From a virus, in the IMG/VR virus record IMGVR_UViG_3300045988_142718: DNA of 64,000 nucleotides. The stretch is one strand, 5' to 3'. Position 1 is the first letter of the stretch, and each line of letters opens with the position of its first letter. A program made the translations under genes and the position numbers. Shown here piece by piece: positions 1 through 9,038 of the stretch. Below the pieces are notes generated by a model. It worked only from the letters and a program-made list of their open reading frames with translations, had not been told where the DNA came from and searched no databases.

Positions 1-2
1 AA

Positions 3-344
3 TGTAGTGGAGGTATCTCAGTGGTATCACTTAATTTCCAACCAGTACAAGGTTCCCATAATTACTGTGTAGTTTCTATCCTTAAGTATCCTAACAAAAC
101 AGCAAGGGAAAATTCTAGGGATGAGTATGGGGACTTTACTCCAACCTCTCAATCTACTTGGATAATTCAAAATTCTACAGAGTCTACAGTTATGTCAGTA
201 ACCATATCTGGAGAAGAATGCCTTGGAATTAATCAAACAGCTAGTAGGGCTATTTGGAGGATCGATGGAGTTGCTCAATCAGGTAGGACTGGTACTGTGG
301 ATTGTGATAATGAACTTCATAATATACAATTTAATGGAGGATAA
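3..344 (+). CDS. Hypothetical virion protein, 5'-truncated by the window edge
   Basis: The frame is open from the window start to the stop at 342-344. It is co-oriented with and abuts the tail genes. No motif recognised. Confidence 0.4.
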   Translation, partial: CSGGISVVSLNFQPVQGSHNYCVVSILKYPNKTARENSRDEYGDFTPTSQSTWIIQNSTESTVMSVTISGEECLGINQTASRAIWRIDGVAQSGRTGTVDCDNELHNIQFNGG

Positions 345-349
345 AAAAT

Positions 350-1078
350 ATGAGTATAATAACAAAAGGTGCAAATGGTAGGCTTATCCATGGATGGACT
401 AAGGAACAAGCCGACCAAGAAATAGAAAAAGGGGTATTATCCCAAAGTGATGTGATCTTTTTGGATAGTACCAATCAAATCTATGCTTTCAAAAAATTTT
501 GGGGAAGCTCAGGAGGTACCTCAGAAGGAGGTGAAAATAAATTCCTTGATGTTACAGCTACATTTGACTTTATGGGCCAACAAGGAGGTAACCTTTCCGA
601 TGAAAATGTAGCTGCTGTTAGAAAGGCTTTTCAGGATCATGTTTCCACTGGGTTTATTTCTATTGATGCGTTAGGGTTAACTGGGTATGTACCAATGGAG
701 ATCCTTAAACTTCCAGAGTCAGCTGTTAGTGGTCACGAAACTTACCATATAGTAATATCAACCCTCACTGTAGAGGGGAGTTCCAAGGCTCAACATGAAT
801 TGTCAGGATACGCTGATAGTATAGTTTCTATTGTTTGTGATGCTACTTCTAAGTTGTATGAAGTTACTACTGGAGCAATGGCATTTAAAATCGATGGTAA
901 CGGTAATAAGTATTTAGCTGATGATGGAGTTTATCATGAGATCAATGTTGATACAACTGAGATCACAAATAAACTTAATACATTAACTTCTGATGTTAAC
1001 ACATTAAAAACAGATGTAGCCAATTTAAAAACCGGTGTATCGGCTGCTTTAACAGAATTGGAAGAAGCTTCAAAATAA
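350..1078 (+). CDS. Hypothetical virion protein with C-terminal coiled coil (fibre or whisker-like)
   Basis: 242-aa ORF with a heptad-like C-terminus, NKLNTLTSDVNTLKTDVANLKTGV. A hairpin terminator follows. Confidence 0.5.
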   Translation: MSIITKGANGRLIHGWTKEQADQEIEKGVLSQSDVIFLDSTNQIYAFKKFWGSSGGTSEGGENKFLDVTATFDFMGQQGGNLSDENVAAVRKAFQDHVSTGFISIDALGLTGYVPMEILKLPESAVSGHETYHIVISTLTVEGSSKAQHELSGYADSIVSIVCDATSKLYEVTTGAMAFKIDGNGNKYLADDGVYHEINVDTTEITNKLNTLTSDVNTLKTDVANLKTGVSAALTELEEASK

Positions 1079-1097
1079 ATAATCTTCGATAAGGGTA

Positions 1098-1154
1098 ACC
1101 CAGTAGTAGGTAACGTTACATTAATGTAATATTACAATACTACTGGGTTTTATT
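1098..1154 (+). terminator. Hairpin terminator
   Basis: 12-bp stem aacccagtagta / tactactgggtt followed by ttatt. Confidence 0.65.
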
Positions 1155-1180
1155 ATGTAAACATACTTATTCTAAGGATT

Positions 1181-1735
1181 ATGGCTAGAAAACAACGTAG
1201 TTCCATTAGTGTTTACATGCCTCCCATTCCTAAAATCGAAATCCGAAATAAGGGGAACTGGGTAAAGGTAGAGAATGGATTAACGCATCTTCAGCCTGCT
1301 ATTCAACATGGCTATGATATTGGGGTTGCCAAGTTTTCAGATAAACTCATTAGAATAATCCGAAAGGCAATCCATACACATAAACCCCCAGCAGGTTCTG
1401 GAGTTCAATGGGCTCCATTAAAAAGGAATCATGATGGTGGGATATATTACCTTAAAGGGGATTATTATAAAGCTGTTGGGGTTTATAAATATCGAAACAG
1501 AATCCTGGTTGGTATGCCTTCTGGAACAAAACATTACAGTGGATTAACTTTAAACCAGCTTGCTATCATATTGGAATATGGGAACGAAAATATCCCAGCC
1601 AGACCATTATGGAGACCCTCGCTTAAAAGTGCAGGGGGCTCTAAAGAACTTCGAAACATTTTAATGAAGGAAATCCGAAGATCCATTATGACAAGGACTG
1701 GGTTAAAGGCAAATCAAATCCGAGGCTTATGGTAA
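1181..1735 (+). CDS. Hypothetical tail-completion or neck protein
   Basis: 184-aa ORF just upstream of the sheath module. Function is assigned by position only. Confidence 0.45.
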   Translation: MARKQRSSISVYMPPIPKIEIRNKGNWVKVENGLTHLQPAIQHGYDIGVAKFSDKLIRIIRKAIHTHKPPAGSGVQWAPLKRNHDGGIYYLKGDYYKAVGVYKYRNRILVGMPSGTKHYSGLTLNQLAIILEYGNENIPARPLWRPSLKSAGGSKELRNILMKEIRRSIMTRTGLKANQIRGLW

Positions 1736-2412
1736 CATCACAAGAAATCATTGAGAGGTCATTTTATATGGCCCTTATGGAAAACACTCTAAGATTAGGA
1801 TTAACAGTAGACCCTAATCTCTATGAGAAAACGAAAGAGAGCATGGCTCTTTACCAACAAGCTGTGGAAGAAGTAAAAAAGAACAAAAACAAATTCATTC
1901 AAATCTTTGGTGTAGGTAATAGCCAATCCAAAGGTATGAAAGAAAGCTTTCCCAGAATCGTAGTAGAATCCGAAGGATTCGCTCCCGGAGGTATAGGTTT
2001 AAATCGATTTCACAGAGAGAAACAAGGAAATAAAGGCTATGTAGTTAGTGAAACTCCTTTCGAGGCAATTGACCAATATATAAATGTAAGGTTAGTCTCT
2101 AAAAACTCAGAGGATCAACGATTACTAAACCTTATCATGAATTCTTCAATTCCTCAGAGAGGCTATTTAAAACCCTATATTTATGAGAATGCTCCATTCG
2201 ATGGAAACATTTTTGTAATTGCTTCTAATTTCTATGATAATTCAAACGATGAAAGAGGGATCATAGAAAAGGTATATACTTGGGAAATCCAAGATACCTT
2301 ACTTCAGCCACCAGTTGAAGTTGGTAGTGAAACACCGATTAATGAAATTAACGTTGATATCTTTAATCAGGATACAGAACAACCACTTAAGGATAACATA
2401 CACATTCCATAG
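1729..2412 (+). CDS. Hypothetical tail or neck protein
   Basis: The start overlaps the previous stop (ATGGTAA). A strong terminator follows. Function is assigned by position only. Confidence 0.45.
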   Translation: MVTSQEIIERSFYMALMENTLRLGLTVDPNLYEKTKESMALYQQAVEEVKKNKNKFIQIFGVGNSQSKGMKESFPRIVVESEGFAPGGIGLNRFHREKQGNKGYVVSETPFEAIDQYINVRLVSKNSEDQRLLNLIMNSSIPQRGYLKPYIYENAPFDGNIFVIASNFYDNSNDERGIIEKVYTWEIQDTLLQPPVEVGSETPINEINVDIFNQDTEQPLKDNIHIP

Positions 2413-2429
2413 TCGAAACTCAGATTAGG

Positions 2430-2472
2430 AGGAAGGAGGTGATGAATCATTTCATTTCTCCTTCCTTTTTTT
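2430..2472 (+). terminator. Intrinsic terminator
   Basis: Stem aggaaggag / ctccttcct followed by a T-run. Confidence 0.8.
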
Positions 2473-2514
2473 GTTTATATCGAAACATTCTTTAATCTCT
2501 AATTTATTAACAAT

Positions 2515-4275
2515 ATGCCTACAAGTCCTAAAGTTGACTTCACAGTCATTAACAACAATGTTGCAAGCATTACTCCTAACAATGGTATTGGATTTGTCCT
2601 TGCAAGAACAACTAAGGGCCCATTCTTTGATGCTTCAAAGATAATCAAGAGCCCTGCTCAATTTGCAGAGGTATTTGGTTCCGAGGTAGTTCCCGATGGT
2701 TCCATTTCAAACATTTCTCGTGCATTAAGCATGGGAGGACAACTTCGAATCTGTCGTATTGGTCACTTAAACAGGGGTAAAGTAGATGCAGTAAAGGGTA
2801 CAGTGCTTGCTGGTGAGGTTTCTGGCAATGCCTATATTTCGGATATTGGTGAAACATTGAACCTGGAATTAACCGGATTCGATGCAAAGGTTATCACTAT
2901 CCAGCTCAAACTTGAAACAAAGGAGTATGGAGGGGATATCCAAAGTACTAACGGTAAATTTATGGTTGTGTTTACACAAGTAGGAAATCGAGTAATTTCT
3001 AGCTTGTATAATACGAATGCTAAAGATAACCTTGCTTCTGCATTCCTGGTAAATACCAATCCAGTACTTTCTTACAAGAATGGTGATGGTACTCATCCAA
3101 TCTTTATCGATACAGCTCTTTTCAAGAACTTCTTAACCGCAGACCCATATTTCGATGTAACAATCACAAAAGTATTAGTGGACTCTGATACTTCCCAGGA
3201 TTACTCAACAGTCCAGGATGTGATCAATCTTTTGAATGATGCTCAGAAGGTAAGCAACACTACTCTTGCTATCAAGAGTACTAATACAACTCCAATAACA
3301 TTGGGTGCTGATAGACCATTGTATTACCTTGGTACAGTAGGTAATGCCGGTACTACTCCAGTGGCTACAGACTGGGTTCAGGGATTCGAAGTTATGAAGG
3401 ATTACTCAGACTTCTATATGTTCTTCGCTTCTCACATCCATCAGCATTTACCAGAAGCTCAAGCTGTACATCAGGCTGGGTATTCCGCTGCGGATTTAAC
3501 CAAGAATGCTACCTATGCTATCGAAATCCCAAAAGTAAACACAACCAAGGCTACGATCTTAAAGGCAAAACAGGATATAGGGATCAACTCTGAACATGTT
3601 GCCTATTTCGCTGGAGGTCTGAGATTGTATAACCAGGATGGTATGCTTATGGATTCCGATGTATTGGGTACTGTATTTGGTTTGTCTGCTCAAGCTGCTA
3701 CAGAATGGGGACCTTGGTATTCATTCGCAGGTCAGAATCGAGGAATCGTTGGGGATGGCAATGGGCCAGTAGCTGAAAACTTTGGTAGCCCAGGAAGATA
3801 TGATGATCTCAATGAATTGGCTGCTGAAAGCATTAACATCTTTGTTATCAAGGAAGTTGCTTCTGGGGGTAAAGCTACATTGTTATGGCATAACTTCACT
3901 TCCACGATGCTTTCAAATTCTGAAAGATTCCTGAATGTAGAAAGGTTGATTTACTACATCAAGAAAGTTTTGAGACCAATCATGGAACGTTATCTGGAAG
4001 AACCCAATAACTTCGAAACTTGGAGTAAGATGTATTTGGAAGTAGACCCTTATCTCCAGGATCTTCAGAATCGAAATGGAGTTCATTCATATGAATGGCA
4101 AGGCGATCAATTCGCAACCTCTTTTGATGATTTGCAGGTTAACAACGAAAAGGATGTACGTCAGGGTAAGTATAAAGCTAACCTGGTTATCAAAGAAGTT
4201 GTTGCTTTGCAAGAGATTAACATTGGAATTGTGCTGGATGCTTCTTCTGGTGCAATTAATATCGAACAAGCTTAA
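2515..4275 (+). CDS. Contractile tail sheath protein
   Basis: 586-aa ORF directly upstream of the tube gene, matching P2/Mu sheath-tube-chaperone-TMP order. Size is typical of sheath proteins. Confidence 0.7.
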   Translation: MPTSPKVDFTVINNNVASITPNNGIGFVLARTTKGPFFDASKIIKSPAQFAEVFGSEVVPDGSISNISRALSMGGQLRICRIGHLNRGKVDAVKGTVLAGEVSGNAYISDIGETLNLELTGFDAKVITIQLKLETKEYGGDIQSTNGKFMVVFTQVGNRVISSLYNTNAKDNLASAFLVNTNPVLSYKNGDGTHPIFIDTALFKNFLTADPYFDVTITKVLVDSDTSQDYSTVQDVINLLNDAQKVSNTTLAIKSTNTTPITLGADRPLYYLGTVGNAGTTPVATDWVQGFEVMKDYSDFYMFFASHIHQHLPEAQAVHQAGYSAADLTKNATYAIEIPKVNTTKATILKAKQDIGINSEHVAYFAGGLRLYNQDGMLMDSDVLGTVFGLSAQAATEWGPWYSFAGQNRGIVGDGNGPVAENFGSPGRYDDLNELAAESINIFVIKEVASGGKATLLWHNFTSTMLSNSERFLNVERLIYYIKKVLRPIMERYLEEPNNFETWSKMYLEVDPYLQDLQNRNGVHSYEWQGDQFATSFDDLQVNNEKDVRQGKYKANLVIKEVVALQEINIGIVLDASSGAINIEQA

Positions 4276-4286
4276 ATCAAAAAGAT

Positions 4287-4748
4287 ATGGCAAAAGTTTC
4301 TAATCCCAGAAAAAAGTTTCTTTGGCAAATTACATTCGTAAAACATCCATTGAATCCTTACCTGTTTCAGAATGTTACACTTCCTGAAATCTCTATTGAC
4401 CAGACAGAACATGGGGATATCAATTACAGTGTTAAAACAGGTGGTAGAGTACAAGTAGGTAATCTTACTTGCCAGAAATTGGAATCCACCTCGGGTTCAG
4501 ATGTATGGATGTGGAACTGGCTTATGTCCGTCCAGGATTTGTTAGTAGGTGGAGGTCTTACACCAGATCAGTATAAAGAATCGGTTAAGATTGATGAATT
4601 AGCTGAAGATGGCAGTTCAGTACTTAACTCTTGGATTTGTACTGGAGTTTGGCCTTGCCGGGTAAATGGTCAAAATCTGGACCGTATGAGTTCGGATAAC
4701 ACATTGGAAGATTTGGAATTTTCAGTTGATCAAATCGAGAAAATCTAA
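4287..4748 (+). CDS. Tail tube protein
   Basis: 153 aa, immediately after the sheath gene. The N-terminus FLWQITF...FQNVTLPEISIDQTEHGD resembles gp19/FII-type tube proteins. A terminator follows. Confidence 0.7.
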   Translation: MAKVSNPRKKFLWQITFVKHPLNPYLFQNVTLPEISIDQTEHGDINYSVKTGGRVQVGNLTCQKLESTSGSDVWMWNWLMSVQDLLVGGGLTPDQYKESVKIDELAEDGSSVLNSWICTGVWPCRVNGQNLDRMSSDNTLEDLEFSVDQIEKI

Positions 4749-4768
4749 AGTGTAGAAAACTGAATAGA

Positions 4769-4799
4769 GAACGAGGGGTTGTGAAATCCCTCGTTTTTT
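4769..4799 (+). terminator. Intrinsic terminator
   Basis: Stem gaacgaggg / ccctcgtt followed by tttttt. Confidence 0.85.
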
Positions 4800-4830
4800 C
4801 ATAGTAACAACATATAAAAACAGAAAAGAG

Positions 4831-5595
4831 ATGGAAACATTAGTAAACAGTAATGCTATGAAGGTAAACCTTCCAGATATGAATGCCTATGTTTATATCA
4901 GAGAACAGAATGGTGAGGATGATGATATTTTATCTAATCCCATAAAATCAGAAACACTCTCCAATTTTTCAGAGTTCATCTCAAGGATTGTAGTAGATAC
5001 CAATCTTACTCCAAATAGAAAGCTCACAGAACAACAGGCACATGAATTACCCTGTAACATTAGATATGCAATATTGATTGCCTCTAGAATCTTTTCATTG
5101 GGTCAAGTAATGGAATTCGAATATACCTGGCCAAATGGGGATAAGATTCGGTATGAGCAGGACCTTAAAGAACTTCTCTTCGATGATTATCATCAATCCC
5201 CAACAGAAGAAGAATTAAATGCAAAGCCTTTCGCAGTTCCATATTACCCCTTTGGAAACACAAAGAACTTCACCATAACACTTCAAAGTGGAAAGGAGGT
5301 TTCATATTCTTTGTTAACTGGTAAAGGTGAAGCAATGATGATGAACACTCCAGTTAAAACAAAGAATCTGGAATTAAAAGCCAGGGACCTTAAATTAAAG
5401 GTGGGTGACAAATGGGAAACAGTTCAAAGCTTTGCATTATTTTCACCCAGGGATATGGCAGAAATCAGAAAATCCGTTGCTGAGAATGACCCATATTATA
5501 CTGGGCTTATCGAATTGGAACATCCAACAAAAGGATACAAAGCTGGATTTTCTATTATGGGTACTCCAGATTTTTTTTATATCGCGGGATATTAG
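4831..5595 (+). CDS. Tail assembly chaperone, short form
   Basis: It lies between the tube and tape-measure genes. A T8 slippery run sits 15 nt before its stop. Confidence 0.6.
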   Translation: METLVNSNAMKVNLPDMNAYVYIREQNGEDDDILSNPIKSETLSNFSEFISRIVVDTNLTPNRKLTEQQAHELPCNIRYAILIASRIFSLGQVMEFEYTWPNGDKIRYEQDLKELLFDDYHQSPTEEELNAKPFAVPYYPFGNTKNFTITLQSGKEVSYSLLTGKGEAMMMNTPVKTKNLELKARDLKLKVGDKWETVQSFALFSPRDMAEIRKSVAENDPYYTGLIELEHPTKGYKAGFSIMGTPDFFYIAGY

Positions 5596-5735
5596 AGGAT
5601 GAATTAGCTTACATCAACAGAGCTAAAATCCAAATAGATTATCTCACTCTATACAAACTCCCTCTTTCAAAAAGAAAGAGACTTCTCGAAAATGCTGATC
5701 AGTATTTTGCTCAGCTTAAAAAATTAATGAAATAA
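4831..5735 (+). CDS. Tail assembly chaperone, -1 frameshift-extended form (E/E' or G/GT type)
   Basis: The heptamer T_TTT_TTT at 5571-5577 leads into a -1 frame that stays open for 52 codons to TAA at 5733-5735. That frame has no usable start codon of its own. Confidence 0.5.
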
Positions 5736-5818
5736 TGGTTTCACTTAAACTATAGGAGGACTGCCTTATTTTCACTTCAGGGTCCCCAAATCAGGGACAA
5801 CTACAAATCGGTATTGCT

Positions 5819-7870
5819 TTGGTATTGGAGGATAGATTTTCCAATCAAGCAAGAGAATCCTCCAAAGAAATCCGAAGACTACATCAAGAGGCTAAAAATA
5901 TAACCAATGCTAACCTCAATGCTGTTAATAGAATGGCAACAGCGGGAATGGCAATTGGTAGTGCAGCTGCCTATGGTATAGGTGAAGCTGTGTTACAGGG
6001 AGCAAAATTTATTGATACAATGACCTTTGTAAAAGCAATTGCAAAGGATACAGGTACAGACTTTTCGCTTCTTTCTCAAAGAGCTAAGACTTTAGGTAAA
6101 GATACAATGTTTACCTCACAGGATATTGGCTCCGCGATGCAATATATGGCAATGGCAGGACAGGGAACAACAGAGATATTTAATAATATCACTGCTGCAG
6201 CTGACTTAGCCAATGCTACAATGTCAGAACTCGGTGGAAAAGGGGGAGCTGCAGATATCATGACCAACATCATGAAGATGTTTATGATTGATTCTACAGA
6301 GGCCAATTCTACTCGAGTTTCTGACGTTTTAACAAGAGCAGTAACCAGATCAAATACAAATCTCTATGATTTGGGTGAAGCAATTAAGTATGCTGGTACT
6401 ACTACCACAAACTTAGGGGCTACCCTGGAACAAACTGCTGCTGCAATTGGAGTACTTGGTGATGCTGGTATCCAGGGTTCAATGGCTGGTACTGCATTAG
6501 CTAATGCTTATCGATATTTATCGAAATCCATTGGAGACCCAAATTTCAAAGGTGGGAAAGCTTTAGCTGAATTAGGATTATCAAAATCCGATTTCATAGA
6601 TGCTAATGGCCAGCTCATTGATCTTGGCTTAGCATTACAGAAAATTGCTAATGCAAGTAGAGGACTTGGAGAACTGGATCAGTATAACTTATTGGTTAAT
6701 ATCTTGGGTGTTCGAGGTGAACGAGCTGGTTCTACAATGATCAGAGCATTTCAGAATTATACCAATCTTCTGGATGAATTAAATAACAACTCCCAGGGAG
6801 CTGCTGCTTCTGTTCGTGAGCAAAGAATGGCTTCATTAGCTGGAGCTATAGAAACAGTACAATCAACTTGGGAGAACTTAACAACTTCTTTTGCTGAATC
6901 TTTAGGACCCACTTTAACACCCTGGTTAAGAGGTATAGGTAAAATCCTGGAAGGTGTTCAAGCAATATTTGATTCTCCAATAGGTCCATTTGTTTCAGCA
7001 TTAGTAACTGGTACTGTAGTATTAGGTACAATTAATGCTTCAGTAATTGCATTAAAGTCCTCAATGAGATTGCTTTTCAATGATTCTACAGTTTCATTAA
7101 GGAACATGTTCCTTGTAATGAAACAGGGTTGGAAAGCTTCTACAATCTCTGCAGCGGAGTATGCTGCTATGCAAAGATCAATCATTGCTCAGGGTAAGGC
7201 TGGCTTAGCAGGTAGAGGTGTAGGTAATGCAATGCTCTACCAGGAATGGATGAGATCACATCAAGGCCAATATCTTGGTAAGGTAATGGGCAAAGAAGAT
7301 AAAACTGGTAGGATGAGATATTATGCTCAAACTGCTTCAGGAGGAACCAGAAGAATTTCAGAAGCTGTTGCTACCAGATATGCTCAAAGGTATAATCCAT
7401 TATCCTTGATTGGGGGAGCTGCTGGTGCTGCTGCAGGAGGTGCTGCCCTAAGATTCGGAGCTTCATCAGTAATGAGAGGAGCTTTAGCTTTCTTCGGAGG
7501 ACCCTGGGGATTAGCTCTTTCTGCAGTGATCACATTCCTACCAATGATTATCTCTGCTTTAACAAAGAGTAATGATCAATCATCAGAAACAAATTCTCTT
7601 CTTAAAGCTACCTTGACTTCCAAAGAAGAAAGGCAACAACGAATCGATGCCGCAAACCTTACAACAGCAGAAAGAGAGGTACTCAATACAGATGCTTTGG
7701 TAAAGTTCTACACCTCATTGGATAAATTCAATGCCAATATGGAAAGGAACTTTGCTAATGCTCAACCAGGTACCAAATCAATTAACATCTACTTGGATGG
7801 CAATCTTATTGGTAGCAAAGCTATCAATGAACACAGTCAAAATGAAGTAATTGAGGTAGGAGGAAAGTAA
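5819..7870 (+). CDS. Tail tape measure protein
   Basis: 683 aa with a TP901-type TMP core (MFTSQDIGSAMQYMAMAGQG..., LYDLGEAIKYAGT, GIQGSMAGTALANAY) and a Gly/Ala-rich hydrophobic C-terminal part. The start is uncertain (TTG). Confidence 0.85.
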   Translation: MVLEDRFSNQARESSKEIRRLHQEAKNITNANLNAVNRMATAGMAIGSAAAYGIGEAVLQGAKFIDTMTFVKAIAKDTGTDFSLLSQRAKTLGKDTMFTSQDIGSAMQYMAMAGQGTTEIFNNITAAADLANATMSELGGKGGAADIMTNIMKMFMIDSTEANSTRVSDVLTRAVTRSNTNLYDLGEAIKYAGTTTTNLGATLEQTAAAIGVLGDAGIQGSMAGTALANAYRYLSKSIGDPNFKGGKALAELGLSKSDFIDANGQLIDLGLALQKIANASRGLGELDQYNLLVNILGVRGERAGSTMIRAFQNYTNLLDELNNNSQGAAASVREQRMASLAGAIETVQSTWENLTTSFAESLGPTLTPWLRGIGKILEGVQAIFDSPIGPFVSALVTGTVVLGTINASVIALKSSMRLLFNDSTVSLRNMFLVMKQGWKASTISAAEYAAMQRSIIAQGKAGLAGRGVGNAMLYQEWMRSHQGQYLGKVMGKEDKTGRMRYYAQTASGGTRRISEAVATRYAQRYNPLSLIGGAAGAAAGGAALRFGASSVMRGALAFFGGPWGLALSAVITFLPMIISALTKSNDQSSETNSLLKATLTSKEERQQRIDAANLTTAEREVLNTDALVKFYTSLDKFNANMERNFANAQPGTKSINIYLDGNLIGSKAINEHSQNEVIEVGGK

Positions 7871-7871
7871 C

Positions 7872-8765
7872 ATGGCAAGTGCAATAAATAAAATACATGG
7901 AGTGCTACAAGAGGCACTCCTTAAACCCTTTGATAATTCTACAGTAGGTCAAGCTGCTGTGGGTCCTGCTACTTATCTCTGGAGAGCTAGAATCCTGGCA
8001 AACAGATTAACTTCTCTCAAAGCTCAGAGAATTGTATTACCTACAGAGATTGACCCAGCTAAGAAAAATATTAACACTGGAGTAAGTGCTTTACAAGCTA
8101 CAAAACGAAGAGCATTATTAAAGGTACCTAAGCCTAAACTTAAAGCTACTCCAACAGTTAACACAGTAAAGAATCAGATTATCATTATCAATCCAAATAC
8201 AAATGCTGATGGTAATGGTACATATGAATCCATTGTTATTCAGGGTAAACCTTCCGAAGTAAACATCGAATCGGAGAACAGTTGGGTAGCAGTAAGGACA
8301 AATGGAAGAAACAATCCTTTCTATATGTACACAGGTTCAGAAGATACCATATCTTTCGATATCTCTTGGTATTCTACACAATCAGATAGAAAGGATGTAA
8401 TCAAAAAATGTAGGTTATTAGAATCCTGGTCTAAGGCTGATGCTTATGCAGCTTCTCCCCCTGAACTTTGGATATCTTGGGGTTCAGCAGAGTTATTTAA
8501 GGATTACTCATTTATATTGGTATCCGCACCTTATGTATTGAGTAATTTTCAGAATGCCTGTAGGGCTAACAGAACCTCACCAATTACAGATTTGGGATTA
8601 TTGCCTAATGCTGCTACACAAAAGCTAACATTCAAAAGGGTTACTAAACATAACCTAACTACTGCAGATATACAAAGGGTTCATGGTAATGTTCCTCAAC
8701 CTATGCCAGAAGAACCAATAGCTACTCAAAGTAAACCTAAATATCCAGATAAAGTGGAGGTGTAA
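7872..8765 (+). CDS. Hypothetical tail or baseplate protein
   Basis: 297 aa between the TMP and LysM protein genes. No motif recognised. Confidence 0.5.
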   Translation: MASAINKIHGVLQEALLKPFDNSTVGQAAVGPATYLWRARILANRLTSLKAQRIVLPTEIDPAKKNINTGVSALQATKRRALLKVPKPKLKATPTVNTVKNQIIIINPNTNADGNGTYESIVIQGKPSEVNIESENSWVAVRTNGRNNPFYMYTGSEDTISFDISWYSTQSDRKDVIKKCRLLESWSKADAYAASPPELWISWGSAELFKDYSFILVSAPYVLSNFQNACRANRTSPITDLGLLPNAATQKLTFKRVTKHNLTTADIQRVHGNVPQPMPEEPIATQSKPKYPDKVEV

Positions 8766-8768
8766 GAT

Positions 8769-9038
8769 ATGAAAGAGTCTACAAGAAATCCCTATACTAA
8801 TTCAGTAAGGATTAAATATCCAGATGGTACCAGTACATTAGAAAGGATTCCCAGTACTTTCAGTCTTACAGGGAAAGAAAAAGTTCATACATTATTGGAA
8901 GGTGAAACTTTACAAAGTGTAGCATTCAGATATTATGGTGATTCTGGGTTATGGGCTGACATTGCTGATGCAAATAATATCATTGATCCCTTTACAGAAG
9001 TGTATAGGGGTAAACAATTAATCATACCGAACTCATGA
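8769..9038 (+). CDS. LysM-like tail protein (P2 gpX-like)
   Basis: HTLLEGETLQSVAFRYYGDSGLWADIADANNI...GKQLIIP fits a LysM/tail-X motif. It sits in the syntenic position before the gpD-like gene. Confidence 0.75.
   Translation: MKESTRNPYTNSVRIKYPDGTSTLERIPSTFSLTGKEKVHTLLEGETLQSVAFRYYGDSGLWADIADANNIIDPFTEVYRGKQLIIPNS

Noticed and set aside
2645-3096. Three minus-strand ORFs (2645-2887, 2832-3059, 2869-3096) inside the sheath gene. Similar antisense or alternative-frame ORFs occur elsewhere, for example 4076-4454, 6076-7185, 17129-17386, 30394-31790, 37458-37959 and 41613-41873.
   Set aside because: All are nested in long, motif-supported + strand genes. They have no promoter or terminator context and give low-complexity or odd-composition translations, as expected by chance in AT-rich DNA.
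5405-5602. Alternative-frame ORF at the end of the chaperone gene, considered as the frameshift product.
   Set aside because: It is in the +1 frame relative to the chaperone gene and stops at 5602. The frame that continues into the gap before the tape-measure gene is the -1 frame reached from the T8 run.
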